This document shows positions 1 to 9,630 of a stretch of DNA of 64,000 bases, one piece after another. The position numbers and the translations under genes are program-made. Source of the DNA: an uncultured Gammaproteobacteria bacterium (GTDB lineage: Bacteria; Patescibacteriota; Patescibacteriia; UBA2196; GWA2-42-15); assembly GCA_964573135.1 (NCBI GenBank), contig CAZNIO010000006.1:1733-65732 (forward strand), read 5' to 3'. Positions within the stretch are counted from its first letter, which is position 1. Each line of letters begins with the position of its first letter. Under the pieces are notes generated by a model. It ran no database searches, was not told the DNA's origin, and saw only the letters and a program-made list of their open reading frames with translations.

Positions 1-1061
1 ACATACATTTTATTTAAATGCCCATAAACAGTTGAAAAACCGTCATTGTGAATAAGCATAATGTACGAATACCCATAACGCCCGCCATTTCTGACCTTGG
101 CCACATAGCCTGAAGCTGACGCGCGAAGGGCCGTGCCTTGAGATGCTCGAATATCAATGGCTGGATGTTCAAAAATGTGGCGGAAAGGATAGTCTGGATC
201 ATGAAAAGATGCTGTAATATAGTGATTTGGCACAGGCCATGCAAATGTGGCGTCACCAAGTTCGCTAAGTTTTGACTTGTCTCCTGCTAATTTTTGACGA
301 ATAGCTTTTTCCAAGGTAACAATTTCTGCGTTAATGCGATTTTGCTCCAGCTTTAACTCACTAACTAAATTTTGATAAAGCTGTTCCGAGCTTCTGGCTT
401 GTGAAAGAATGCTTTGCTTGACTGATTGTTGGCCTTCTAAGTTCCCTTTGTGCCCAGTTAATTTCTCATTAAGACTTCCGAGTTTTTCATTTTTTTCCTC
501 CAAATCGACTTGTTTGCTTTCAAGCTCCTTTTTAAGGCTTTTTAGTTTTATGAGATTCTTATTAACATTTATCTGTACGGTTTCGGTGGCTTGGAGGCTA
601 CTAAAAAATTCTGACAACGATTCGTTCATGATAACAATTTCAATATCGCTCTTTTGATCCATGCGATAAATTTCACGCAGGAGATTTGAGAGCTTGCTCT
701 TTTTATCCTCCGAATCGTCTATATTCTGTCTTATTTCTTCTTCTGTTTTTTTAATTTCCAGATTGGTTTTATCGATTTCATCTTGATTTAGTTCAATTTC
801 AGCTTCCTTTTTTTGAATTTGAGTTTCCAAGATATATATTTGATTTTTAAGAGAACCTGATTGAGACCTGGCTTTAGCCAGGCTTTCTTGATAAGCGTCA
901 ATTTTTGAGCGTAATTCCTCAATGTTCACCTGCTTTGCCTTAATATCCTCTGATAGTTCCTTTATTTCTTGAGTGCCACCACTCTGTGCTAATATATTTG
1001 CTGGTAGCACAAAGGAGATAAGTAAAATAGCTATTAAAATAGTACTTTTGTATTTGAGCAT
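1..1061 (-). CDS. M23 peptidoglycan DD-metalloendopeptidase with long coiled coil (EnvC-like); truncated by the window edge
   Basis: Missing from the ORF track; translated by hand from ATG at 1061: signal peptide MLKYKSTILIAILLISFVLPANILAQ, long coiled coil, then WPVPNHYITASF..HPAIDI..GYSYIMLIHNDGFSTVYGHL (HxxxD and YxHL M23 motifs). Confidence 0.9.
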   Translation of the reverse strand, partial: MLKYKSTILIAILLISFVLPANILAQSGGTQEIKELSEDIKAKQVNIEELRSKIDAYQESLAKARSQSGSLKNQIYILETQIQKKEAEIELNQDEIDKTNLEIKKTEEEIRQNIDDSEDKKSKLSNLLREIYRMDQKSDIEIVIMNESLSEFFSSLQATETVQINVNKNLIKLKSLKKELESKQVDLEEKNEKLGSLNEKLTGHKGNLEGQQSVKQSILSQARSSEQLYQNLVSELKLEQNRINAEIVTLEKAIRQKLAGDKSKLSELGDATFAWPVPNHYITASFHDPDYPFRHIFEHPAIDIRASQGTALRASASGYVAKVRNGGRYGYSYIMLIHNDGFSTVYGHLNKMY

Positions 1062-1075
1062 GGAGAGAAATATTA

Positions 1076-2536
1076 TTAAAGTGAATCAATGGCGTATTTT
1101 ATACGTTTAAGAGTCTCCTCTTGACCGAGTACTTCGGCTATCTCAAAAGGAGTAGGCGATTTTTCTTGGCCTGACAATGCCACACGCATTGGCCAGAGAG
1201 TATCTCCGTTAGAAAAGCCAAGATGTTTAATTTCTTGTATAAGCCCCTCTTCAAGTGTACTGCGCGTCCAGTTGTTTTTAGGAACTGTATTTAAATATTT
1301 ATGTATAAATTCTAATCTATTTTTAGTAATTTCTTTGTCTGATTTTTTCCAAACGAGAAAATCGGGATCATATTTAGGTTGAGCAAATAAATATCCGACC
1401 TTCTCCCCTATTTCTGATAATTTTTTAATGCGTTCTTGTTCTAAACCGACTACTGATTTTATATATTCTCTATTGGAATCCGTAATTTTCATTTCTAAAC
1501 TTTTTTCTAAGTATGGAATACACAAATCTGTAAGCTGATCTAAATTTTTTTGTTTAATATAGTGGCCGTTCATCCAATCCAGCTTATCCATGTTAAAAAT
1601 GGCACCTGACTTATTAACTTTGTCTAAATCAAATTCTTTAACGAGCTCTTCTAATGTGAAGAGTTCGCGATCGTCACCTGGATTCCAGCCAAGTAGTGAA
1701 ACGAAGTTTATAACGGTTTCTTTTAGATAGCCATCATCTAAGAGCTCTTCTAAAGAGGAGTGCCCTTGGCGCTTGGAGAGCTTCGCCTTATTTTCATCTA
1801 AAAGTAATGGTAAGTGAGCATGGTCTGGAATAGGCCAGCCAAAAGCCTCATAAAGTTGAACATATTTAGGGGTTGAGGCGATAAACTCCTCACCGCGAAT
1901 AATATGGGTTATATCCATTAAATGATCATCAATAACATTAGCAAAATTGTATGTTGGCCAGCCGTCTGATTTAATTAAAACATGATCATCCAGTGTTTTA
2001 TTCTCTATCTCAATTTGACCGCGTACAATATCAGTAAATTTTGTGGTGCCAGTGGTTTCAATTTTTTGACGGATAACATATTTCTTTTTAGCTTTAATTT
2101 CTTCTTCTACCTCTTCTTTGGATAAATTTAAGCAATGGCGATCGTACATAGGCGCCTCTCCCCTACTTTGTTGATCCTTTCTTAACTTTTCTAGCCTTTC
2201 TCCTGAACAAAAACAGTGGTATACTTTTCCGTTAGCTAAAAGCTCATCAATATGTTTCTTATATATATCCAATCGTTCTGATTGACGATAGGGGTCATTA
2301 GGACCACCAATGTCAGGACCTTCTTGATGATCAAGTCCCATATTTTTTAATACGCGAAAAATAGCTTGTTCAGCTCCTTTTACCTTACGTGATTGGTCGG
2401 TATCTTCAATACGGATAATAAAGTTACCATTGTGTTTTTTAGCGTAAAGATAAGAATAAAGGGCAGTACGAAAATTACCTACATGCATAAAACCTGTAGG
2501 ACTTGGAGCAAATCTTGTTTTTATATTATTTTTCAT
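1076..2536 (-). CDS. gltX: glutamate--tRNA ligase
   Basis: RFAPSPTGFMHVGN (HIGH-like), RIEDTD, KLSKR (KMSKS-like). Confidence 0.97.
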   Translation of the reverse strand: MKNNIKTRFAPSPTGFMHVGNFRTALYSYLYAKKHNGNFIIRIEDTDQSRKVKGAEQAIFRVLKNMGLDHQEGPDIGGPNDPYRQSERLDIYKKHIDELLANGKVYHCFCSGERLEKLRKDQQSRGEAPMYDRHCLNLSKEEVEEEIKAKKKYVIRQKIETTGTTKFTDIVRGQIEIENKTLDDHVLIKSDGWPTYNFANVIDDHLMDITHIIRGEEFIASTPKYVQLYEAFGWPIPDHAHLPLLLDENKAKLSKRQGHSSLEELLDDGYLKETVINFVSLLGWNPGDDRELFTLEELVKEFDLDKVNKSGAIFNMDKLDWMNGHYIKQKNLDQLTDLCIPYLEKSLEMKITDSNREYIKSVVGLEQERIKKLSEIGEKVGYLFAQPKYDPDFLVWKKSDKEITKNRLEFIHKYLNTVPKNNWTRSTLEEGLIQEIKHLGFSNGDTLWPMRVALSGQEKSPTPFEIAEVLGQEETLKRIKYAIDSL

Positions 2537-3440
2537 TAAAGTATTGCCAAGTTTCTTTTAATCCTTGATTTAAACTATATTCTGGTTGCCAATTTAATTC
2601 TTTTTTTATCTTAGCAGAAGACAGGCAGGATTTCAATTGCTCTCCTTTAATAGGGCTTGAGTGCTTAACTGGCACTTTATTTTTTGAAATATTAATTAAT
2701 TTTTTAGCCAATGTATTAATATTTGTTTGTTTGGCCGTACCAATGTTATAAATGCCTTGAATATTTCTAGATAAACATTTTAAGGCTGCATTGACTACGT
2801 CAGCTACATAGACAAAATCCCTGGTTTGTTTTCCACCAAATATTTTGAGAGTTTTTTTATTTTTTAGGTTATTACAAAATATGGCCACAACTCCAGCTTC
2901 ACCTTGAGAATCTTGGCGAGGCCCGTAAATATTGGCTAAACGTAAAACTGTATATGGTAATTTGTATTGACGAAAATAGTAATGAAGATATTTCTCTATA
3001 GAGAGCTTAGCTATGCCATAGGGGGAGATAGGGCTTGCCAGAGAATCTTCAGGGGTTGGTAATTTAACTGTATCGCCATAGATGGCTCCACCAGTGGAAA
3101 TGAAGACAAATTTCTTTACTTTATGTTTTATACAATTTTCAAGTAAATTGATTGAACCAATAATATTATTGTTGGCATCAAAAATGGGATCCGTAATTGA
3201 CTTACGTACATTCATCTGGGCTGCTAGATGATAGACAACTACTGGTTTTTCTTTTTTAAAAATATTAGCTATTTTTTTGTCCTGAATATTGAGGTTATAA
3301 AATTTAGCTTCTCTATTTAGATTACCTTTTTTGCCAGTTGATAAATCATCCACCACGATAACGTGGTGGTGATTTGCAATTAATTTGTCTACTAAATGAG
3401 AGCCAATAAAGCCAGCTCCGCCAGTAACTAATATCTTCAT
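2526..3440 (-). CDS. NAD-dependent epimerase/dehydratase (UDP-glucose 4-epimerase-like)
   Basis: TGGAGFIG, STGGAIYG, YGIAK (YxxxK), NIYGPRQ. Confidence 0.9.
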   Translation of the reverse strand: MKILVTGGAGFIGSHLVDKLIANHHHVIVVDDLSTGKKGNLNREAKFYNLNIQDKKIANIFKKEKPVVVYHLAAQMNVRKSITDPIFDANNNIIGSINLLENCIKHKVKKFVFISTGGAIYGDTVKLPTPEDSLASPISPYGIAKLSIEKYLHYYFRQYKLPYTVLRLANIYGPRQDSQGEAGVVAIFCNNLKNKKTLKIFGGKQTRDFVYVADVVNAALKCLSRNIQGIYNIGTAKQTNINTLAKKLINISKNKVPVKHSSPIKGEQLKSCLSSAKIKKELNWQPEYSLNQGLKETWQYFNEK

Positions 3441-3441
3441 A

Positions 3442-6400
3442 TTATGATTCTTTCATGTCTAAGAATTCTTGTATTCCGATTGCTTCCTCTTCTGCTTTTG
3501 TTTTGTCTTTAGGAAAAAGCACCTTGGCAATAATATCTGCAGCATTGGCGGTATCGTGCTTGAGAGTAAGGTCAATGTCTGGAGATAAAGTGCTTAAAAC
3601 TTTCTGCAACATTTTGCCTTCCTTTTTATTGCCTAAACCGGCAGAATTTATGTATTTTTTAGTCCACTCAGTAATGTCTTTAAAATCTTCCGGACTACCT
3701 GCCGGGCCATGCTCAACGATTACGGGGGTTTCTATTGCGTCTCCTTTGGCTGACTCTCCGGATTTTGTAATATTAGTCTTTTGGGTTTCCTCGCTTAATT
3801 GAGGGGGTTTCATTGCTCCGACTAATTCCAAGGGATTATCTGCATCATCATAGTGCTCGGGGAGCGCCTTTGACTCCTTGTGTGTAAGGTGTTTTAGGCG
3901 CTTAATATCATCGGCGCCCATATTGTGAATATTGGCCATGCCTGGATCCAAATTGGGATTATTAGCTAAAAAATCTACAATTTCAAGATCCTCTGACCTG
4001 ATGCCTCTCTTTTTTTTCTCGCCTTTTGTATTAGTTCTAACTGTCTTGAAATTCCATTCGGGTACTGGGGGGAGATTATCAGCTCCTCTTTTTTTTAGTG
4101 CTTGGTCTAAAATTCTTTCGATTTTTAAAGATGCGGCTGATTTGGCGGTGGACATGGTTTCGTGAGTAGAAAGTTTTGCAATGCCTCCTTTGCGAGCCCC
4201 TTCAGCCTTGATGCCGGCCATAACATTTTTAATTATTTTAGCTGCCTGTTCTTTATCAAGTATAATACCATCCTTTCTTAATCTGTTTATCCTTTCATCA
4301 ATGTCTGTGCGTAGCTTGGTAGCTTCAAGCGCGCTGGTGATAAGGTCGACTTGTCTTTTTTTGAGTTTTTTTTCTGCGGATAATTTCTTTATCCTCTTAT
4401 TTATTATTTCTTCCGTTGTCCCGTCTTTATACCCTCGCAATATTAATTCTGTGTCTTGTTCGTCTAATCCGGCTGTTTCTAAGTGCCCTGCCAGGGATTG
4501 CTGGACGCCTGATACATCAAGGGCGTCTGATATAAGGGTAGCATCACTTTTTCTGCCATATTTTTTTTCTCCCAATTTTCTCATTCTGTGGGGCCGGCCC
4601 TGAGGATCCTCTTGGATATGCGAAGGGATCCTTGCCGCTTCTGCCCGTGCTTGTTCATGGGCACTTCTAAGGCTTGATTTAATAGACCTGACTTCGAATT
4701 TTTTTAATTTTTTATCTTTAAACAATGCATCTAATTTGGCATGAATATCAAGACGTACTTTTACTGGAATTTTTTGATTGGTATAGCCCTGAAGTATTGA
4801 TTCTATATCCTGATCATCTATTTCTTTAACTGCTCTGAGAATATCCTCAGTGGATTTTTTATCATTTAAAATATCGGCTGGTATGGGGCCCTTCGGTCCT
4901 TTGTCTTTTTTGAAAAATCCTTTTTTGACGTTGGCCTCAAATGCTAATTCCTGCCTGGCTTCTTCGTTGGTGATTTCATTGTGGTAAAGATTGATCCACT
5001 CTTGCAAATCCAGTTTAACGTTTCTTTCTTTCTTTTCAACTACCTCTTTTGACTGACCAAGACCAACTATGCTGCCCTTTCTATTTTCCATGTGGCGTAT
5101 TTCTTTATTGAAAACCGCCGCTTCCTTTTTAAGTTGTTCCATTTCTGATTCATACACTCCTATATTCATCTGCTTGGTTTCTCTGAGTTGGATATCTTGG
5201 TTTAATTTAAGCAATTGAGTCTCTAACTCCTTTAATTTAACCAGATCTGGCTTTTCGCCTGTCTTCATATCAAGTTTAATTGATTGAATCTCTTCTTTGG
5301 TAAACTTGATTTCATTTTTTAATTCCTCTATTGGTGGCTTTGCCTCATCTAATTCTTTTTTGAGTTGACTGTATATTTTTTTAACCCCTTCAAAATTACC
5401 ATGACCATTTTCTAAGCCATTGGTACGCAGATCACTCAGTTTACCTTCTACTGGATCTATTTTATTATCATAAAAATCAGCGACTTGATTTTGCAAATTA
5501 TTGCGTTCATCAGTTTTATTTTGTTGCTCTGCGCGAAACTGATTGACTTCTTGTACAAACTTTTTTTGTTGCTCTTTGAATGTCTTGATTTGATTAACTA
5601 TATCAATAAGAACGGGTGACTCTTCAATTGGCTTTAATGGCTGATTATCCCCTTTCCGTTTTTTGTTTTGATTTTCTGCCTTTTGGGTTTGTTCATCATA
5701 GTAGCCTGTCTCTATTTTGATTACTTGATTTTCTAGATGATCAATTCGCTGAGCAAAATCTAAAATTTTGGCCTCATTATTACTTATCTTTGTTTTATAA
5801 CAATTTGGATTATTATTATCATCAATTTCAAATTGTAGTTCCTTAATTCTGGCTTTAGCTTGCTCAATTTCTTTGATTTCTGCTTCAGTTGAATTCTCTG
5901 TTTCAGGATAATCTTTCCCAAATACTTCAATATCTTGGATGGGCTGCTTAAATAGTTCAATGGCATCTGACTTAAAATCAAGTTGAGCTATTGTGTCTTC
6001 AAATTCTGCTTGGATTTCTTCAAAAGTTGCGTCGAATATGGGGATAATCTGATCTTCTGGTGCGCCTGGGCTGGTGGGATCAATAAGATCTATAAGAGTA
6101 TCTTCATCAGTTAAATTGCTTAAACGTTCTTGAATTTCTAAAAGCTTACTATTTGGTACTTCAAGGTTGTTATTTATGTGCTCCACTTTTTGTAATAATT
6201 CTTGTGCTGCCAACATTTTATCTTCTGGGATAAAACCCGCTTCTTCTAGCTTTTCTATTCCACTCTCCTTTCTTTTGGCTATTGGATATTGGGGTATACG
6301 GTCAATGGTGTCCTCAATACCTTCAAGGGTTTGTTTAACAAAAGGTTCAATCTGCTGTTGAATTGGTAGATCACTATGATAGTCAATAAGTTCTTCGAGC

Positions 6401-6876
6401 CTGTTTCGATCGGTTAAATTCTCCAATTGTGTTTTAATTTTTAATAATTCCTTATTAGGGGTATCGCTTGATTCAATCATCTTATTTACCTTGTCTAATA
6501 ACTCCTTATTTTTGTCAATAAGTTTTTGGGATATAAGCTGGGATTCATCTTCTTTATTTTCAGGCGGTTCTTGGTGCTCTTTCAATACTTTAACTTCTTT
6601 TGATATATCTAAAAAGTTACTTTTTTCTTCGGCTATTTCTTTGTCTATCTCGCCTATTTCAGGCTTGTAAAGATGCGTGGGAGCCTCTTTATCCTTACCA
6701 TATAAAATAACTTGGGATTTCTCTGAATCTTTTATGGCTCGTGCTGCTTGCTCTCTTTCGTGTTTTAATTGTTGCTCAAGCGCCTGCTCGGGAGTTAGCT
6801 CTTGCCTCTCTTTTTTGACTAGAGCTTCTGGTTTAATTTCTTTTTTATCAACTAAAACTTGATCTTGCTTAATCAT
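3442..6876 (-). CDS. large hypothetical coiled-coil protein (1144 aa) with internal repeats
   Basis: Long ORF, E/K/Q-rich heptad pattern, two pairs of internal repeats, no catalytic motif recognised. Confidence 0.75.
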   Translation of the reverse strand: MIKQDQVLVDKKEIKPEALVKKERQELTPEQALEQQLKHEREQAARAIKDSEKSQVILYGKDKEAPTHLYKPEIGEIDKEIAEEKSNFLDISKEVKVLKEHQEPPENKEDESQLISQKLIDKNKELLDKVNKMIESSDTPNKELLKIKTQLENLTDRNRLEELIDYHSDLPIQQQIEPFVKQTLEGIEDTIDRIPQYPIAKRKESGIEKLEEAGFIPEDKMLAAQELLQKVEHINNNLEVPNSKLLEIQERLSNLTDEDTLIDLIDPTSPGAPEDQIIPIFDATFEEIQAEFEDTIAQLDFKSDAIELFKQPIQDIEVFGKDYPETENSTEAEIKEIEQAKARIKELQFEIDDNNNPNCYKTKISNNEAKILDFAQRIDHLENQVIKIETGYYDEQTQKAENQNKKRKGDNQPLKPIEESPVLIDIVNQIKTFKEQQKKFVQEVNQFRAEQQNKTDERNNLQNQVADFYDNKIDPVEGKLSDLRTNGLENGHGNFEGVKKIYSQLKKELDEAKPPIEELKNEIKFTKEEIQSIKLDMKTGEKPDLVKLKELETQLLKLNQDIQLRETKQMNIGVYESEMEQLKKEAAVFNKEIRHMENRKGSIVGLGQSKEVVEKKERNVKLDLQEWINLYHNEITNEEARQELAFEANVKKGFFKKDKGPKGPIPADILNDKKSTEDILRAVKEIDDQDIESILQGYTNQKIPVKVRLDIHAKLDALFKDKKLKKFEVRSIKSSLRSAHEQARAEAARIPSHIQEDPQGRPHRMRKLGEKKYGRKSDATLISDALDVSGVQQSLAGHLETAGLDEQDTELILRGYKDGTTEEIINKRIKKLSAEKKLKKRQVDLITSALEATKLRTDIDERINRLRKDGIILDKEQAAKIIKNVMAGIKAEGARKGGIAKLSTHETMSTAKSAASLKIERILDQALKKRGADNLPPVPEWNFKTVRTNTKGEKKKRGIRSEDLEIVDFLANNPNLDPGMANIHNMGADDIKRLKHLTHKESKALPEHYDDADNPLELVGAMKPPQLSEETQKTNITKSGESAKGDAIETPVIVEHGPAGSPEDFKDITEWTKKYINSAGLGNKKEGKMLQKVLSTLSPDIDLTLKHDTANAADIIAKVLFPKDKTKAEEEAIGIQEFLDMKES

Positions 6877-6883
6877 ATATTTT

Positions 6884-7066
6884 TTAATTTATCTTATTAA
6901 TTTTAGCCATTATATTATCAATATTAGCATCATCAATTTCTTTAACAATTTTATGGTATAGAGTGTTTTGTTTTTTGCGTATAACTGAAAGATTAGCTTG
7001 TATGTTTATATAGCCATTTTTGATGTTTTCGAGCTCTTTTTGAATATTAGAATTAGGATTTTGCAT
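6884..7066 (-). CDS. small hypothetical protein
   Basis: 60-aa ORF directly upstream of the large ORF; TG-n-TATATT 5 nt before the ATG suggests a leaderless start. Confidence 0.55.
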   Translation of the reverse strand: MQNPNSNIQKELENIKNGYINIQANLSVIRKKQNTLYHKIVKEIDDANIDNIMAKINKIN

Positions 7067-7195
7067 ATACTAATATACCAATTGGATATTGGTTTAATCT
7101 ATATGTTTATTATATCAAAAAGAACTAAATGGGGCAATAAAAAAACACCTGATTGCAAGTGCTTTGTTGCTAGTGAGTTTAATTTATTGGCTTGC

Positions 7196-7528
7196 CTATA
7201 ACTTTAATAATTTACCAAAATGCTTTACTTGATAAGCTATGGGGTTTTCATCCACAAAGTCATCCGGATGAATAGCAATTGGTTCAATACCGCGGTCGGT
7301 ATCAATGTCGCGCAATTTAGCCCATAAATCCATCATTGCCTTAAACCCGGTAAATTTTGGTGATACAATGCAAACATCAATGTCACTCCACTCTCTGCTT
7401 TTTCCTTTGGCAAAAGAGCCAAATAAATAAGCGCTGTCTACTGGTAATTTATGTTTTTCTTTCATATACAGAACATAATCTTTTGCGTACTTTTTTGCAA
7501 TTTGGGGGGTTAATGTTTTTTGAGCCAT
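7196..7528 (-). CDS. minimal nucleotidyltransferase (MNT) antitoxin
   Basis: YLFGSFAKG..SDIDV (GSx10DxD) motif, 110 aa, overlaps the HEPN gene. Confidence 0.88.
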   Translation of the reverse strand: MAQKTLTPQIAKKYAKDYVLYMKEKHKLPVDSAYLFGSFAKGKSREWSDIDVCIVSPKFTGFKAMMDLWAKLRDIDTDRGIEPIAIHPDDFVDENPIAYQVKHFGKLLKL

Positions 7529-7893
7529 GAAATTAATTCTTTGGTTATTAAATAGTATTTTTTAGTAAAGCTGACGGTGGCTTGGTTATAAAATGATTTT
7601 TTGTAATCATCATAGCGCCCAGCGATATTGAAAGTATTAATTTCACGTAAATTTTTCTTTTGTCCTGAGCCAAGTGCTAAATTCGATTTTTCAGCTAGAT
7701 AGCTTAGGTTGTGCGTGATTGGAAATTGTTTTTTAGTGGCTTGAACCACTTTGCTTTTAAGCAACAATTCTAAAGTTAAATGACAATAAAACAAACAATC
7801 AGCATAATGCCGTTCTTTGTATAGGGATTGTGCTACTTTCCATTTTCTTCCAGCTTGAGTGTCACAATATTTGATGATTATTTGATGATTCAT
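7510..7893 (-). CDS. HEPN domain protein (partner in a HEPN-MNT module)
   Basis: CLFYCHLTLELLLK, THNL, FNIAGRY motifs typical of HEPN; paired with MNT. Confidence 0.85.
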   Translation of the reverse strand: MNHQIIIKYCDTQAGRKWKVAQSLYKERHYADCLFYCHLTLELLLKSKVVQATKKQFPITHNLSYLAEKSNLALGSGQKKNLREINTFNIAGRYDDYKKSFYNQATVSFTKKYYLITKELISWLKKH

Positions 7894-7923
7894 AATTAAC
7901 TTATTTTATATGACCTTAATTGA

Positions 7924-7951
7924 ATAATAGCAAATTATATACAGATGTCAA
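7924..7951 (-). promoter_or_regulatory. sigma70-type promoter for HEPN-MNT
   Basis: TTGACA-16 nt-TATTAT with extended TG on the minus strand. Confidence 0.55.
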
Positions 7952-8016
7952 TTGGTTGTTTTTTGGCTAATATTAGGTAATATAATGTATTTTTTTAATT
8001 TTTCTTATTCTTTAAC

Positions 8017-8045
8017 TTGACAAGAAATCAATTATATGATATACT
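8017..8045 (+). promoter_or_regulatory. near-consensus sigma70 promoter
   Basis: TTGACA (8017)-17 nt-TATACT (8040) with TGn extension. Confidence 0.75.
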
Positions 8046-8114
8046 ACTCTAACATAGTTGAAATATTTCTTTTCAATTGAATACTCTTCTCTCCCCTGTT
8101 TATATGGGAGAGGC

Positions 8115-8227
8115 CAAGGATCTGAGGGTTAAAGCGCGTATACGCCAGATCTGGAGACGTTATATTATATTATTTATATAACTTATCACGTCTTCAAATC
8201 CTTACCCGCTTTACCCTCAGTTCCTTG
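8115..8227 (+). ncRNA. candidate structured RNA or leader: 113-nt imperfect rod hairpin
   Basis: CAAGGATCTGAGGGTTAAAGCG pairs with CGCTTTACCCTCAGTTCCTTG; inner GATCTGGAGACGT pairs with ACGTCTTCAAATC; lies downstream of a strong promoter. Confidence 0.4.
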
Positions 8228-8327
8228 TAGCTAAGGGTGTTTTTATTACCATTTTGATAGTTGCTTGATAATTAAATAACAAGAAATAATATAAAAGATA
8301 TAATAACCTTAATAAGGAGAATTTAAA

Positions 8328-9548
8328 TTGAAAAAATTAGCAAAACGCACAGACCGAATACTGGCATCTACGCGCCATCCGAAAAGAAAAAAACTAAACT
8401 TTGAAGAATTCAGGGCAATGTTTTTCTATCTTCTTTTTGGTAACGTTACGCCGGTTAGTAGGATGATTTCTGGCTCTAAATTATTAAAATCGGGCCAAAA
8501 ACAATTAACTGAATCCGCTGCTGCTGCCCCTACCTCATCTGTTTTTCCACTTACTCCGCAAATTATTGATTTTTTGAGGGAAAAGGGACTGACGATCCGT
8601 AATACCGAACATGGCATTGCCAAGCGCATTATGTCGCTTGTGAAGTACGCTGGTACGGCTATAACGGATTCACATGAATCTGCTCCGTGGATCAAAATTT
8701 TGATAAAAATTATAATCACAGCGGATGGTCCGGAGCTTTACCTCCTTGAATATAACGACAAGGAGGACCAGAAAATGCCCCCTAGGTGCATTAAATTGGT
8801 CTGGGATGAGGGCTTTGAATCGATGTTTGGCGCTCCCCTTGTGGATAAAGTTCCGCGGAACAAAATTCCTCGCCCAAGAATCGGATGGGATGACGAAGCT
8901 ACATATGTTGATCTCGAGGACCTCGGTGATTTTACTGAGGAAAGACAGGAGCAACCCCCTCAACGCGCCTCAATAATATGCCCATTCAAAAAATTCTTCC
9001 CTTGGTGGAAGATTCTTATTTTGGTCATTCTCTTATACATCGGGATTGCGACAGTTATTAAAAGCAGTAGTGGAAACGCAGCTGCGGATATAATTGCTTT
9101 CTGGATGGCAATATTTGTACTCCTGGTTATTTTTAGCCTGTTTGCTGCTTCTTTATACGGCTTAATTGAGTGTTGTATAAAGAAAAAACGCCAAGAAACA
9201 TTGAATAAATTTGTCGCAGAAGCAGGGGGCGTTGAAATTGTGGAAGATGGCAATGAGTCTGCCACCAGTGATCATACGGCTCAAAGTACTGCACAAAAAA
9301 TAGGTAATGTTTGCCTAAGTGCGGGATGGTACGGATTATTGGCTGCGATGACTTTTGTAATCTGGGCCACAGCAGAAGAATTTTTAATTTTTAAGTCATG
9401 GGCTCCCTTATACGCCACGGCGATAATTGTTTTAACTGTTTGGCGTATAAGAGGAAAAGGTGGTAATTTGAAAAAAGCCTTTGGTAATTTTTGGATTAAT
9501 TGCTTATTTTTTATAGCAATTACCATCGGCTGGTTCATTTTTGGTTAA
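8328..9548 (+). CDS. hypothetical membrane protein (soluble N-terminus, about 5 C-terminal TM helices)
   Basis: TTG start after AAGGAG Shine-Dalgarno; hydrophobic segments in the C-terminal half. Confidence 0.7.
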   Translation: MKKLAKRTDRILASTRHPKRKKLNFEEFRAMFFYLLFGNVTPVSRMISGSKLLKSGQKQLTESAAAAPTSSVFPLTPQIIDFLREKGLTIRNTEHGIAKRIMSLVKYAGTAITDSHESAPWIKILIKIIITADGPELYLLEYNDKEDQKMPPRCIKLVWDEGFESMFGAPLVDKVPRNKIPRPRIGWDDEATYVDLEDLGDFTEERQEQPPQRASIICPFKKFFPWWKILILVILLYIGIATVIKSSSGNAAADIIAFWMAIFVLLVIFSLFAASLYGLIECCIKKKRQETLNKFVAEAGGVEIVEDGNESATSDHTAQSTAQKIGNVCLSAGWYGLLAAMTFVIWATAEEFLIFKSWAPLYATAIIVLTVWRIRGKGGNLKKAFGNFWINCLFFIAITIGWFIFG

Positions 9549-9560
9549 ATGCTAATTGAC

Positions 9561-9596
9561 TCCGCGAGTACCTGGTTATTCATTTATGCTCGCGGA
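9561..9596. other. intergenic stem-loop
   Basis: TCCGCGAGTA...TGCTCGCGGA inverted repeat. Confidence 0.5.
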
Positions 9597-9630
9597 AATA
9601 ACTTTTGAAAATTTTTTTTAAGGAGATATA

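Noticed and set aside
14-657. ORF-track calls 14..259 and 409..657
   Set aside because: Alternative-frame or antisense shadows of the M23 gene (1..1061)
3455-4603. Plus-strand ORFs inside the large ORF, and similar short antisense ORFs across the window
   Set aside because: Antisense shadows of well-supported genes with no protein motifs
3442-6876. SMC/SbcC ATPase
   Set aside because: No Walker A/B or ABC signature
8115-8227. SRP RNA, tRNA or retron msr-msd
   Set aside because: No SRP domain IV motif, no cloverleaf and no reverse transcriptase nearby
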